From the NCBI GenBank assembly GCA_028023455.1, contig JAQFVV010000002.1:5208001-5272000 (forward strand): a stretch of DNA of 64,000 nt, read 5' to 3'. This document shows, one piece after another, positions 11,090-27,329 of this stretch (position 1 is the stretch's first letter; the number at the start of each line of letters is the position of its first letter). The notes under the pieces were generated by a model. The model had not been told where the DNA came from and ran no database searches. It saw only the letters and a program-made list of their open reading frames with translations. The stretch comes from Epiperipatus broadwayi (lineage: Eukaryota; Animalia; Onychophora). Both the position numbers and the translations under genes were made by a program.

Positions 11090-14000
11090 CCAAAGCATTG
11101 ATCTCTTAACCCAATACATCTTGTTAATCCACTTATTAGTCAGTGATTATTATGTTGTCTTACTTTCTTTTATTAATTCATTTATAGACTATAAAATATA
11201 TTTTACTTCCAAATTTCACATGTGGATGGAGCAGTTTCTCCCCATACAATTCTATAGTACTCTTGGGCCAATATTTTAAGCATATATTAAAGTAATCATC
11301 CCAATCTCTAGCTAACTTTGTCAGCCAATTGAATTTTTTATTATCAAAAACTAGTGAGCATCTTATTATCCATATTGTTTTCAATGAATGAATTATTACC
11401 ATTGCTTTATGCAGATTGAAACTCATCACATATTTTTTAATAGATATTTTAGATTTATTCTCGGTATGTGACTTTTGATCTCAGATCCCAAAATGCATGA
11501 CAGTCCTCAAGAAAGTGCATAAATGTTTCACTGCTCTCCTTACAAAAAATACACACTTCATACAAACCTATTCCCAGCCTTTTATTAATATAGAAAGTAG
11601 TAGGCAAAATTCCATTGATCAACTTAAAAATAAATTTCATGGATGTCTGAGGTGTATATATCGAGTGGAATTTTTTAAGAACATTTTTCATTCAGCATCC
11701 TAACCAAGAATTTTCATTGTGGTAAGCTCTTTTTGTTAAATCTTTATATTTTATTCCATCAAGGCTTTGGACATTAAGATCATCTTGTAAGTCTTTTTAT
11801 GTTATAAACATGTCTGCAAAATGTGATCTTCTCTCATCCCCATTTCATTATAAATTATTATATCACCCATAGGGGGACTAAAAGGTTGATCCTTTATTAT
11901 GTTCAAATAAGCCCTGGCAGTAATAAACTTAACATAAGCTTTTGGGTCGATTAAATTAATCCACCTTTATCTATTGGTAGCTGTAATATTGAGGTTAAGA
12001 GGAGGTTAGATTTCATCTCCCATATGAATTTTTTAGCCATCTGTATAATCGTTAGGGTCATTTTGTTGCATAATTTCAACTACAGTCCATAATAGCCAAG
12101 GATTCCAATTGCAATTGCATTGAAAATCTTAGTTCTAGTCACTTCATAGAGTTTAAATAATGAAAAGCTATTAATTCTTTTTTCTATTGTTTTTGTAACT
12201 AGTTGATTTAACTGACGATTCATTTTAATTTTGGATAAATACAAAGGGAGGCCAAAAAACGACTTAGGCTGAGCTAAAAACTCATTTGGTATTCTTTTTC
12301 TGTTGCCAATTGCCACGCTGCTGACTTAGCAAACTATATTACTGATCCTGTAGCCTGCTGAAATTTTCCAATTTGATTCATAACTATATCGATATTTCAA
12401 AAATTATTATAATGTCATCTATAAAGACTGTGACTTTTACTGTGACCCCCAATTGGAGCAGGTAGATCCCATTTAGTTTTTATTTTCTTTACCATTGGGT
12501 CTACATAAATAGCAAATAAGAATGCTGTTAATGGTGAACCTTGTGGTATTCCTTTACAAGAGATGAAGAACTTTGACCTTCTCATAAAGTTTTTATAGTA
12601 AATTCTATTATTAGTAATATAATTTATTATTGCATTTAATAAATATTGATCATCTTCTATCAGTCCATTCAGAGCATTAAAGTGATAAGCCCAATCAACC
12701 AAGTCAAATACATATTCAAAGTCAATTTGTAATGCAAAGTACTGGGTCAGATTCAGGGCTTTGGCATACTTGATTGCTTCTTGTATTTTAGAGAGCTGCA
12801 TTTATCATTCTCTTATCTTTCACTGCATAATGCGTCATTGAAATTTTGTCACTGACACTTTTAAACAATTTTCTTTGTAGGATTCTAGCTGGTATTTTAG
12901 AATCGATATCTTCAATAGATATATTTCTTAGGTCTTCAAATTAAGGCATTTTTATGCTCATTTCTTTTTAACACTAAAGATTTCTCTGTTATTTGTGCTT
13001 GGCCATTAAAATCTTTGTGCGCACATCTGATTAAAATATTTTGACATAGGGCTGATCAAAAGATAATTCATTTGCCAGGATCACATCATTGGCCAATACC
13101 ATTTGCATTTTCAATCTATTAATTTCTTCTATAATTTCTTGATACAATATGTATTTTTTCAAGGTTTGCTTTGTCACTATCTTATATTGTTTAACATCAA
13201 TGTCCCAATTACTCATGGTCTGTTTCCATCTTTCAACCATATATTCATCAACTTCATCACCTGATACTAAAGAATCTTCAGTTGTCTTCATAGATGAGAT
13301 ACCATTTCCATGAGGTATATACATTTTTACATAATGAATGGTTGGCTTCAATATATGACCAAGCCCCAGAATTACTTTCCTTAGCCATAATGTATATGTA
13401 TCTTCTTGCATTCTCCTATATATATAATTGTATTCCTCTTGCAGTTTACCAGCCAGATCTTTATTTTCCTCAAAGCCAGTAATGACACTGAGTGTTTTAT
13501 TAATCTCTGTAATTCTATTTTTCATTTGATTTTGGGACATAATACCATTCAAATTATCACAGCACAAGTCTGAAATGATTTTTTTTATTTTATGCCAAGC
13601 AATACATGGAGGCAGGTTTGAAGTCTTATTGTAATAGTTCGATACTATGATAATGTTAGATATCTGATCAACCAAAAAATATATCTGACTCCTAATGTTC
13701 TTCTTTATAGTAAAGGCATATCGTTTTTTTTATTATACTATAATTCTTTATTTGGAGAAGAAAACCCAAGAGGTTAGAAAAGGCAACTAGAGTAGTGTCA
13801 GTAAATGAGACCCTAACTTTACCACTGGGCACAAAGAACAAATCAATCATTGAAGAGTATCTGCTATTAAAAATGTGTAGCTATCTTTACCATATTTCAT
13901 TTTCAATGGGTATACTGCAAGTACTTCCAATTTCTGTTCTAAGTGTTTTACAATATTCTGGTAGAAGCAATTAAAATCACCTCCCACCACCACAATACTT

Positions 14001-14400
14001 GGCTTTTGCAACAACTTATTCTGAACACTATAAATCATAATAAAGATATCATTACACTTAGGAATCGAGTACACCACAATTAAGTAATGAAGCTGATCAT
14101 AAATGGTAAATGATATTATTATATAATTTATCTGAAACAATATTATTTGTATATTTTTATACCTGAGCACATATTTATCAACACTGCAACTCCTTGTGAT
14201 GATTTCATGTTAGGTTTGTACAGAAACACATTTTTATTTGCAAGTTTTTCAGTAATCCATGGGACGTACATTGTTACTAATCTTTGTTTCAGATAAAATT
14301 ATAATGTCATGTTTTTGAGAAGCAATGTAATCCAAAACTTTATCACCTCCATTTATATCTCTTACATTAATTGATATTACATTTAGTGATTTATTCATGA
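11090..14400 (-). pseudogene. ORF2 (APE-RT-zinc finger) of the L1/Tx1 element, with several stops and frameshifts
   Basis: Fragment ORFs 13847-14170, 13031-13675, 12415-12801, 12080-12316, 11455-11691 and 11178-11429 are collinear. Confidence 0.85.
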
Positions 14401-14416
14401 ACTGGTAATCAAAGTA

Positions 14417-16290
14417 TCATTTTATATGAATATTACTCTCCAAATCATCATCTTTTCTTTTAATTTTTAATTCATCATATTCCTTATCATTAATGTCATC
14501 ATTTAAAGGTGATCTATCAAGATTAGAAAATATTTGCACACCAGTCATTTTAAGCTTTGTATAATTATTGACCTTTTGACAAATATCTTCCACATTTATT
14601 TTCATTCTGTCTTCCTTTTTATTTACTTGTTGGTTAAGAGGTTCTAGTGATTGAGTTACGATATCCATGTCTTCCACCACACTGTCCAACTGTGAGTCAG
14701 TGTCAAAGGCATCTTCAGAGGTTTTATCACTATCAGTATCTTTGGCCAATTCAATTGACAATCATCCAGTCTCAGGTAGGTTGTTATCTGTATTAATTTC
14801 ATTATATATTATGTGTTCATACAATTGTTCCTCTTCTCTGATGTTATTAACTATATTAGTTAATTTTAATAAACAAATCATTACATAGGCAATTCATTCG
14901 ATTGAATTTACTACACTTTATGCAATTACCCATACCACACAAAACTGCAATGTGACAAACTCGATTACATCTAAAACACAAAAGTGGTCTGCCCCTTATA
15001 ATTAAGGAAATAGGCATTTGATCCTTTATTAATCTATGTGGTAACTATTCTTTCATTACTTCTTTCTTCAACTTAAGCTCTATCCTCCATGCATTTGTTG
15101 GTATTTGAAAGGCTATGCCTGACATCATTTCCCTTTCCATATTTATTACCTTGGCATAATTTCCTATTTGCATTTTAAAATATTTGATATTGAAACTCAG
15201 TGAAGTGTGCAATATTTTATCATAAATTAATGGATTCGGATCCTTTGTTACGCAGTAAATTTTTTTTTCTTGTATTTCCTTAATTAAGTTTTCAGCTCTT
15301 TCTTTTTGATCTTTATTGAAGTATTCTATCGAAACAAACCATCTTGCAGGAAAAAAGGCCATACATTTGACCATGTTAATCAATTCATGGGCATTAAGGG
15401 CTTTTAAGTATTCATTAAGATCTGATTTGTCAAGCATATTCTCCTGTAGTATTATTTGTTTGAATAACTAGATTAAATATTGACATATTTGGTGACATGC
15501 AGTTTATGAAAATCTTTTTCCAATAAAAATTTAAACTAACAAATGATTTAGTGGTAAGTCTATTTGTACTTTTAGTTTCTGCATAATTATCATTAAGGTC
15601 GATGAAATGTGTTTTTTTTTATTCACTAATTCTTTTTGATTATCCGATTCATTAACTTTTGTTTATTAATTTTGAACTTACTGTGATTTGTTTTATTGCA
15701 ATAGATTGTGTATTCAACTCATTCAGCAAGTCATAACTTTTATCGCCTTCCATTTTTCTTTTTTTACTATAGTTTAATATTTCCTGCTCTGATATTTCAA
15801 ATCCAACATTACTATTTAGGCCTCTGTCAAGTATTGATATATTGTTTTTTCTATCTATGACTAATATATTACTTCCATGATTTATTGGTTGTGGTTTAAA
15901 GTTAATACTAATACTGTTACAATCATTCCTATTTTTAAATTTATTTAATTCAGTATCACTATTAGTTTTTTTTTTTAGATTACATTCATTTCTAATAGTC
16001 TTATGGGACATTTTATCTTTGCAGTTCTTATTCCCTTCAAGATGACTAATATCTAAATCTTTAAAATTGTCTTTAATATTAGGAATACTTACTTTAACAT
16101 CTAAGGCTTTTCTACTCTTCTTCCCCATTTTTTATTTTTATTCATATCTGCTAATTCTCAACAAAATTAAGCAGGTAAGAATCTTGCATGACCAACCATT
16201 ATGCCAACCGGAAATGAGCTTATATATATTTGTGTATTGTCCCAGTATAAAATGTGGATATATGGATTGGCTTGCCTGTTGAAATTAAGT
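14417..16290 (-). pseudogene. ORF1 (gag-like) of the L1/Tx1 element
   Basis: Fragments 15652-16128, 15045-15437 and 14417-14761; exact CX2CX4HX4C knuckle GRPLL-CFRCNRVCHIAVLC at 14937-14978. Confidence 0.8.
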
Positions 16291-16534
16291 TATTAGATTA
16301 GTCAATTATAGAATTAGTCTAAGTAGAATAAGAGAGTTTCTATGTCATCCAAATTTCATCACTTATATCAATATATTATTTAAAGAAATTACTTAGTTGT
16401 AAATGCTAGATATTAAAGTATAGAAAAGTACCAGACAATGATTTGATACTAAGTTGTTTATGCTTCTTGAATACTATTTACAAATATACATTTTAGTTGA
16501 TAGTATTATTAATTCCTAATTCAGCATACATAAA

Positions 16535-16780
<246 letters not shown>

Positions 16781-19700
16781 CATCTATTTGCAATTTGTAA
16801 ATAAACTATGGATGTATATTAAATATAATAAATAAACAAACTTCGGTGTTATGTTGAATTAATATTAAAGGTTCAAACTCATGGTCATGTAAAAACAATA
16901 AATATATATTTATAATTAAGAATCATTAAAAACCAGGCAACACTTAAACAATCCCAATATCAATAACAATCAACAAATTCAAACTGTTGTCAAGGCAACC
17001 TCCTTCTAACAATAAAGATGGAACCCCACCTTTATTAATGATCCAATATACTGATATCGACACTAAAGATTGCAGCTTGAACACAGAGATTGAAATTATT
17101 GATACAAAGAAGTTTAAATAAACCAGTTTAATGAGAAAATATAACCTATTCTAAATGCAGACTAATATACAACCTGCAATTATAAATTTCAAATTGCACC
17201 CAAAGTATTACTTAAATAATAAGTGTAATTATGCTCAAGGCTAAATGAAAAATAAGATAAAATATATACTTGTGTGTAATTATACTTTAATAAACGATAA
17301 TGTTTTAACATATTATGATTTCATCAGTCTAATGAATCAAAATCTAAATAAGTTATTCATACCTGCATAAACTGATGAGGTTGTAATTTGGACTAATGAT
17401 AATTACTTCTCTTAATTATATTTTGTGAAAACTACTATGTTATTCTGAATATGATTTAATACTCCATTATAGACATTAATTACTTGATAAGAATGTTTAT
17501 TAGATATTCCACACTAAATGAAATATATTAGCAGAATGTGAAAATATAAAATATTGTTGCAAGATTTCCTATGAGCAGATAGTATAAATCATGTTAGATG
17601 CCTCTAAAAATAATCATCCATTTATTTTTTTAATACACAACATATTATATGATAGGTTGAATGTGGTTGAGCTATGATTTAAAATATATATATATCCAAG
17701 TGATTTCATTATCTTATTTTTTTTACAGAAAGACAATGTTATATCCTTGGTTTATATAATAATTCTTGAACACAAAATAATTATGCATAAACTGAAGGTC
17801 TATTTGTGAAAAACACCGCTATCTGATATGAAGTAACTTGATATGACATGATTTTTTAATGACATTGGATTGAATTAAAATTGATGTTTCATGACAGATA
17901 ATCATCTCACAATATATATATATTTTAGTATGGCTGCTTAATTATTTTATTGATATTAAATATTAATATTTAATATAAAATATTTGTCTGTATTATTTGA
18001 AAATCAAATATACACTGAATATTTCAGTGAAATAAAATTTTGTTTAGAATGCAAGTTCTAAATGATCAGTCAATGTTAAGCCATTATTACCCTTTCATTT
18101 GTTTAAAAGAATAATTGATAAACTTTTAAGCTTTCATGAAGTACACTTTCTTTATATAGAACTTCATAAATATATACTTTGCCACTCTAGTGATAAGATA
18201 AAGTCAGCTAATTTTTTTTTTTTTTATGACTGGTGAATGTATAAAAAACAAAACAAATAGGTTTTTTTAAAAAAAGAAGCAATATACCTTTGTTTTTGTT
18301 GACAACAACTCTGAGCTGTCTCTATTTCCTCTTTTGGTTTTATAATAATATCTCCAATTATTATGGTTACGCACAGTTTCCTCAAAATTTTATTTACAAG
18401 ACTTTATCAAACAATTTATTATTATTATTTTTTTTTTGTTAAACATTATTTAAAACATTAATCATTTTTACAAATTGGCATTATTTGTTTATTTCTAATA
18501 TTCCCATTGAGTTGTGTGCATGTATCTATGAATCTGAATGCAGGTAGTGGTTATTGACTTATGAATAAAGTAATGAGCTATTTTAATGTATATAGAGTTT
18601 GAACTATGTATGATACTGTTATGACTTCTGTTATAAGGGAATCATTTCAGTTGAAGATTTAATTGATATATTAAGTGAATAAAAAAAATTTTAATGTATA
18701 CTTTATAAGAAGAGGTGATATATATACTTTGATGGTACAAATATATTATTATGATTAGAACATATGCTAGAAGTGATTACAAAAAAGAAAATAATAAATG
18801 AATGGAAAAAATATGAAAGTAAATAGACAGTAAAAGGGAAATAAGTTCATATCAGATAATCTGGATATTGTAAATAAAATATTATTAAATAGTGAACAGT
18901 ATAAGTCTAGATGGTTTGGACTTGCTTTCTTTTTATTTTATCAGGGTGAAGATTTTAAAACATTGTATAATAATAAGTATTATTATGTATTTATATGATT
19001 GTTTAGAGAATTCAATTATTATGGATTATAAATAATTAATTATGTGTATTGTGTATTACCAAGTCCTTTACATGTTTGGAATTATTTATAATGTAAACTC
19101 TATTTATATTCTACTAATGGAAAAGTATATCTTCTCTTAAATAAATACAGAAAAAAAATTAAATAACATAACAATTAATATATTAGAATAATAAATGATA
19201 TTTGCATTACTTTGGCTTAGCATCATCATCACCACATCAGTCATTACTCTCCAGTATTAATCTTTACATTCCCTATTTTCCATCCCATTACACAGCCCTT
19301 TTTTATTTACCCAGATCAAGTCAGAGCTGAATTAATAACAATAACAAATATTTTAGTAAATCAAAATTTCAAAGTAAAATTTAAATCAAATCACACATAA
19401 ATAACATACAAATAAATTCATATTAAATTCTTTATACATTTCCATAGAATTAAATTAAATTTTATTATGAATTTATATCTCATATTTTAAAATATAATTT
19501 GCATTCAAGGTTTAAATATTTCACATTTTTACATATCATTATAAATTTCTAAATTTTGGATAGATGTTTATATCTATTATTTTTTAAACATAACTTATTT
19601 ACTCCAAAATTTTCCATCATTTCATTATTATTCTTTAGCCTTATATTAGGAAGCTATGTCATATGATGTTAAGTTGAATAATTGTAATATTCACAATATG

Positions 19701-19885
19701 TATATTTGCCTGAAAGTTTGTGATGATGGTATATTATTAGATGTGATGTGTTGGACTAGTTCCATCATCTATGAGTGAATGTTGAATGTATAGAAAATTT
19801 TAAACTTTATTTAAACTTTTCAAATACAAACAACTTATTAGTAATAACACACAATTAGGCAACCCAAGTTAATAATTACACAACA

Positions 19886-20036
19886 TTTCGAGTAGTATTT
19901 TTCTCCACTCTTCTTCAGGTGTTGCTGGCCTGATATGCACAGTGACCATGCAAGTTCAATTTCTTTGTGAATACTGTCACTATGCATATCAGGTCAGCAG
20001 CACCTGAAGAAGAGTAGAGAATAATACTACTCAAAA
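19886..20036. repeat. Inverted repeat (~61-bp arms, 29-nt spacer)
   Basis: tttcgagtagtatttttctccactcttcttcaggtgttgctggcctgatatgcacagtgac versus gtcactatgcatatcaggtcagcagcacctgaagaagagtagagaataatactactcaaaa, about 6 mismatches. Confidence 0.9.
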
Positions 20037-20039
20037 CCC

Positions 20040-22790
20040 TTGTGAGTGGCCAAGACTTTCTGCCTTCTAGATCAGTCATATTCCATAATAAGTGGCATAC
20101 CTCACTCATCATTCTTTTAGTTTTACTCATCCAATACCAAATCACAATTCAACTTGATCTTAATCCTATTCCTTTCTCTAACTACTTTGGACAATCTCTC
20201 ATCCTGAATCTCAGTGAACTACCAGCACAATCATTCACTTATATAAAACAATTCAAGTTTTTCTCCCTTCATATACCACAGAATTCTTATTCTCTGAGAA
20301 ATATATTTATGTAATGGAAATTAAGAACAAATAGAACTTGATTTAGTCTAAGGGTACCTTGCCTTTATACATGTAACATCATTCAATATCCAACATCTCA
20401 CACGTAGTTTACCCCATATTCTTGATGTCTGGCATTGGTCGATGAGTTGCATACACAGTTACATTAATTAAATTTACACATCATATACACTAACAGTTAT
20501 ATGTGCTTTCCCATACTTATTAAAAAGATACCAACCAACTTAATATCTTGTCATTAAGAAAATAAGAAGTTGTCTTACTCAACAACACACATGAAACTGG
20601 AGGTATATTTTCTGGGCCCTGTACCACCCATTCACAGTAAAAGTCCCTATGGAACACCATCTTATATACCAAAATTTCAAGCAGAGGTTACAAATGCACA
20701 ATGCATTCACACCATACTGATACCCAATTCCAAACCATACAATTTACTGATCTCACCACTCTAACTCATGTCATCCACTTTCCAATGGAATCCTTGCCTT
20801 TGTTTTTGCCCTCCATAAGCACATTACAGCATTATAGCTCTGTAGCCTGGCAAATTATCTGTCTGAAAGGATATATTATATCAAAGATCTATAGCCAATA
20901 TCAATTATACCATTTATCAAAAAAACAGTTTAACCTCTTCTCCTACTAATCTACATTGTATTTCCATGGAGTCTTTGAGAATTAAGATACTGAAAAAAGT
21001 TGTAAAGATCATCTCTCCAACATGAAGTTTGAAAAAAAGGCTCTTTTGCCACACAGGCTGCTCTGATGTTTAACACAGTCCTGATATCAGTTCAAGATCT
21101 AAAAAATATATTCCAATTTCAGTTCAGCTGGATATAGAGTCTGCATTTGATATGCTAGCTAATATTACCATTCCAATTACTCTGCTTTACTTAATTACCA
21201 ACTTACGCAAATCAGAGATACATATCATTGAATGAGAAAAGTTTGCCATCATTTATCCCTACACAATACATCTCCCAAGACTCACCTCTTAGTGCACTGC
21301 TCTTTATTTTCTACATAAATTCTCTCAAAGCATATACAATAGACATTTTCATGTATCCAAATCAACACATCCCATGTATTGCATGCATGGATAATATCAC
21401 TATTTTCCAACCCTTTTTTAAGCTTATGCCATATTGCAAACCATTTTCAATTAATATATTGCCTTATATAAACTTAGATTTAAAGCAGAAGCATGGTTTA
21501 TATACACCAACAAAGCATGTATTCAAATATTCCATGGAAAGGCAAACACTCATTTAGTCTTTTCATTTTACATGGCCTCACTTGTGATGAAGAACACCTT
21601 ATAAAACAAGCTTCAAGAAAATGCCTCATGGATCATCTCTCCCTTTATGATAAAATTCACCTATTTAATATACTCATAATGATTAAGATTACATATTATT
21701 TGCCTATTGTTAAATATTCAAAATCATTTAATTCTACCATCTCTTCTCTCTGCAACAAGCTACTATAGGCAGGAAGATGGTTTCAGTGTCATCTAAGAGA
21801 TTTAGTCACCCAACCATTAATAATAATCTGGTGCTCCACATTTTCCAAATGTTCTATATCCAAAAGTTCATAAATTCAATTGCACCAATTGTTAAATTTC
21901 TCAGCACTCCAATTTCTGTTAATAGAAATCCCTACTGATAGACCTTCTCTTCTCTCAGCTTAATTTGTCACCATACTTTACCAATCAATCCTATCAACAT
22001 CCAATCAATCAACCTTTCCCATGACTAATAAATACACTTACTGGCAAACATATGTTATACTATATCTGGAAGCCAACAAAGATTTTGCTTCTTCCATGCT
22101 TGGCATCAACTACTGCCAGCTACTTCAATCCTTCGACAGATAGTCCTTGGAGACCAAATTTTTCAATTTCCTAGTTTGTCTTAACCTATTTGCATTGCTT
22201 ACATATCACCTTTTCTGATATAGCTGTTTATACAAAAATATGTCCATTTATGGCATGTGGCAGAGGAAACTCAACAACATCTCTTCTAGCAGTGTCAAGA
22301 TCTTAACCAAATCAGAACTTTCATGCTAAATACTTAGATATGATCATTTGCATCTATACAATAGTTAATTCAATCCTTCAGAAGATACACCTCCATAGCA
22401 TGGGTAACAACTTTCACTATTTATGCCTTCTGATACACTCATTGCACCTTCATCATTGGCAACAATTTCAGAAGAGATCCAGCTATATTCATCAATAAGC
22501 TCCAAAAATCAAGGCCCAGAACAATAATACTGCACCTGCAGACATTTTTGCTGCCACCTGGTCATTATTGAGATGACTATTTGATCTATCAATGGTCATA
22601 GTCCAACAATAATCACATTACATAGCATTCAATTGTAACATTCATTACCCTCAAGATAGCTCACTTTCATTAACTGCCTTTGACACCATCTACCATCAGA
22701 CTACAGAATTTATTATCCATCTATTTGCAATCCACAAGCTTCTTATCATATGTAGTTCTACTCTGAATTAACTTTGTTCTTCATACAGCA
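20040..22790 (+). mobile_element. Heavily decayed L1/Tx1-like ORF2 fragment; ends approximate
   Basis: LDIESAFDML (~21125), ISQDSPLSALLFIFYINSL and IACMDNITIF (~21260-21400), HLFNILIMIKITYYL: RT motifs collinear on the plus strand. Confidence 0.7.
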
Positions 22791-25700
22791 CTCATAATAT
22801 GATTTCATACCACATAGATCCCCCCCCCCCATTGTACTCCAAGATTAATAATTACAAGAAGAAGAATCAAGATTAATTTAGTGACTGTAAATAACTTCCA
22901 ATATGAAACCAGATTTGAAAATCTTAGGTCATATTTATCTATGAAGTTATATTTTATATTGAACTGTTTTAAACTTCTCATCCATCTCTGCATCCTAAAC
23001 TAGTAGCAGTGTTTGTAAAAAAACATACTTTGCAACCTGATTAATGTCACTTTTAAAATTAATTCATATAAAACCTGTAGAACGTAATTGCTCCTGTAAC
23101 CTTTGGAATCAAAATTATGTAACTCTATATAACTCAAAGGATTAATAAAGATTATTATTGTTCAAGCATAATAATTCAATTCAATTCTTTTTTAATATAT
23201 GCATTTAAACACTTTTGCTTTAACAGAAATACACAAGTAAATATCAATCATTATTATGAATTACAAATTAAATATAAATAAACAAAACATTATACAATAT
23301 ATTAACATTTTAACAAAAATATACAATAATATAGAAAATTACAAATTGTAATCAAATCTGAAATATTTATAAATACTTGTTATCTCCAGTAAATTCAATT
23401 TCTTTTTAATATTAGTTATAAAAGTAATCACAAAAAACTATCAAAGTTACTGAATTTTTGATTATATATTTTTTGCAATCTGTTAATGACAAAAATAATA
23501 AACATACCTTGCAATAATAATAATAAATTAATAATAAGTTTTGTATATATTATTTGAATTTCCCAGGTATGAATGTACTTAATTTAAACTGGTTTTTATT
23601 GCTATGAAATCTTAGCATCAGTAAAATTCTTATTGTGTCTGTAAACATAATTAGGCACCGAGACAAATTAAATGATGAATTTATCGCTGCATACCTTACA
23701 TTAAAAAAAGTTTGTTTTTATAATAAAGCTGAGAATCACATGGTTTCCAGTTTAACTTTTAATGAAGACTATCTAATTAATTTTTGCTTATGTAACTAGA
23801 TTATTTTCATCTAAGAAAAAAAAAGTTTTTAATTAAAAAGAAGAAAATTACAATTGATCGAACCCTTTTTTTCCCCTCTGTGGTGACAAATTAAAAATGA
23901 AAGTAAAGAAAAAAATCAGAAGTAAAAATAGATTTGAAACTAAAATTAAAAAGAAAAAAATTAATTAAAAAGAAAATAACAGATCTCTTTGCAAGTTTTT
24001 GATTTAAAATTCTTGTGTATAGGTGAGTATATATACATATGATATCAGTCAATATTATTTCTCTATTAGATGCTATTCTTATCTAATTTATTGCAGTACT
24101 TTAAGCTCTAGGTTTTTTGCCCTTCCATGTCATCATTGTAATTTTTTTTTATCTTAGTCAATAATTACAAATGTTTTTTCATTTTTATGTTTTTAAAAAT
24201 CTTTTAAAATTGTACATTGTCATATTTTTTAACGATATGATCAGCCCCATTATATTTCAGCATTTCAGTGTTTTGATACATGTTATTCTTGCTAATATAT
24301 ATTTACTATACTATATAAGCTATAATGTATAATGTTTATTTATTACTATCTAAACCTAAGAAGCCATGTGAACATATATATTAATAGTTAATTAAATGTA
24401 TGCATATATATGTCACAATGTATGTATGTTTAAAATATAGTAAAAGTAGCTATATCTTACCTAATGTTTATTTATTCCTGTGCATGTCTATAAATAGTGG
24501 CACAGATGAATTGATTGTTATTAGATTACTAAATTGGGAAATGCAGAAAGGCCACTGCTAGTATCATGTTGGTCAACTTTAAACTTACAAAAAAATAAGA
24601 GGCAGCTTTTCTGTGATTCATAACCTATATGAGTATTCTAAGTCAGTGTTTTTCTACCTTTTTCTTTGGTGGACTACCAAATGATGTAGAAAAATTTCAA
24701 AGACTGTCAAATTTACAAAATAAGTTGCTTGTAAAAAATTTATTATTTTTACAAACAAGTAAAAAAATTATATAAAATAAATACATAAAAAAATAACAAA
24801 TAATTAATAAAACAAGTAACACATTAATATGAAATATCTCACAAAGTGATCATGTCTAATTTTTGTTTTGTATTGATTACAAATAAATTATCAAAAGATT
24901 ATAAACAACAAAGGTATAGAATAAAAACAAATAAATAAGAGATAGATTCACAAAAAAATTAATTTATCATTAATTGATATTTAATTTCTATGTGAAATTT
25001 GCTCTGTCTTTCACTTATAATTTTTCAATCCATGTCTGCAAGAATGGCTCCGAAAAATGAAATGCAGCATCATAATCCAAATAATTTCTGTATTTTGTTT
25101 TTATAAACATTAATAATGAAAACATCTTTCTGCATACATAGATTGTAGGAAAACACAGCTATAATTTTAAAGCAAGAAAATTTGATTAAAGTGTTTTTCT
25201 TATACTTGGATTGCAGAATAATATCAGAAGATAGTTTAATAAGAGTTTCTTTTTTATGAAGATTAAAACTTGTTTGAATTAGATTTTTAAAAAATGAATT
25301 TGATATCCACATTTTTAATTTCCTAGGATCTTCATTTGATTAACATAATTTGGTTTATTTTTGCATGAATGCCACAGACTGGCAGTTGGAAAACACTGTT
25401 TTAAACTGCTTGCCAACTGAAATTCATCAAATTATGAAAACTGAACTAAATTCAGAATAAGCAGCATTATTATAACTAACTATAACCTGGATCTGACAAA
25501 TAAAAAATCAGCCTTTTTTTTACTTTAGACATGATCAAGTCTTGAAATACCAGTGTTATGTTTTATTTATATATGCATGGAAAGCCCATACAAAGAATAT
25601 ACTCTCAATCACATATATTATGAAAATAGTTTTATATAAGAATTAAAAAAGGAAATCTATTTAATAAAAGTTATTTTACTTTCAGCTTTTTCTTAAAAAA

Positions 25701-27329
25701 AGATATTTTGACAATGAATATTGGCAAAGAAAATCTTTCTTAAAAGTTTGCAAGAAGAGGACTGAAGTTAAAAAACAAACAAACAAAAAATATTCAAGCT
25801 GGACTCTTTAAAATAAAGTAAAAGACAGAGGTTTAAAAAACTTTTAAGTTTGAATTTTTAAAGATAAGTAATATTTCTTTGTCTTTAAAAGATTTTGATT
25901 AAAACTTAAGAGTTGTCTGAAAATAATAGTTTAATAATTTATTATTATTTTCATTAGAATGCACACATATGTCTGATATTGTACATCCATTCAGCAAATG
26001 TGTCTATTTAAGACTTTATTAAAAGAAAATCCGTATTAGATTGGAAATTACTAAAATATTATTAGATATGCACATGATGGCACACATATATGTGACTATT
26101 TAAGATCTATTACGATTTTTATATTTTTATATATCTTGATAAATTTAAATTTGATTGTTTGAATTTGTCAATTTATGGAAATAATAATTATTTGTAAGTC
26201 AGAATCAAAATGATGTATTTGTATTATAGAGTACTTTTCAAATCTTTGCTTTTTATTATTTTTTATATTAATAAATGTATTAATTATAATTTTAAATTAA
26301 TTCAGTGAAGTTATTCCGTTAGTACAATAGATTGTTTTATGTATGGGTATTTTCTCTTGTTCAATGACACCATGATCTGTGATCCCAAGCTTAATGGGGC
26401 AATAATGATATTTATATATGTGCATGTAAGTGTTTGAGTATGTGTTTGTATGAACATAGAGATAGTTCTCTATAGAATTATTTGGATGATATAAAGGTAA
26501 ATATTATATTTAAAGTTCACTCAATTTATGGTAATTATTATTTTGTTGATGGCCAATAAATTTATAATCAGCATCAACACAATGATTCCAGCCTTTTTGA
26601 TATAGAACTATGTATTATTATATATTTTAGTATTTAAATATTTGCATGCAATTAAAACATTGATGATTGTTTTTTATAGTATGTCCTAAGTTTGTCATTA
26701 TGTAGATGATGATTAGCCTTATTTTATAGTGTACCTTTTGAAATTCCAGTCTTAAGAAATGACTGTTGATTATTAATAATGAATGCTGGTTATGCTATAT
26801 TTATATCTTATTTATATATTTTGCTTATAAGGGCTTCCAATGCTGATTTTTTGTTTGTGCTCATTGATAATCATGTGCACTAATGGTAATGTTATGATGA
26901 TGATGAGTTCCATAACCCCTACATCCATTTCTTATGTGCTGTTCATAATCAATGATCATCTCAGATTCATATACAAAAATAGCATAACTAGTGATATAAA
27001 TATTACTACCGTTCCTGTAATACTGTTCTAATATAAATAAATTGCTATAAAAATCTTAAATGATTAAACTCAAAGTAATGCCATTTAACTAGGAGTTGGA
27101 ATATTTATAGTCAATTTTTTATGAGCTTTTATAGGTGTAGATTTTGGACTGATCATAGAAAATTATATTACAAAAGTAAAATTTATTAAAAAATAAATGC
27201 AACTGCTACTCATGGTTAAATTATTATTTTGGACTTTTAATCGAGTATTGTTACTGTGGCATTTAATCTTCTTAAGAAATTTAGATTGTAAATATAAGTA
27301 AAACTTGGGCTTATTACAAAAACATGTAT

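Larger units (their letters stand above)
11050..16500 (-). mobile_element. Near full-length decayed L1/Tx1-like LINE (~5.4 kb); ends approximate
   Basis: In order on the minus strand: ORF1 with CCHC knuckle, APE (VISINVRDING...DIIILSETK; VVGGDFN), RT (QIDFEYVFDLVDW; KGIPQGSPLTAFLF), then a zf-RVT-like segment (KLINGILPT...CIFCKESSETFMHFLEDC). Confidence 0.88.
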
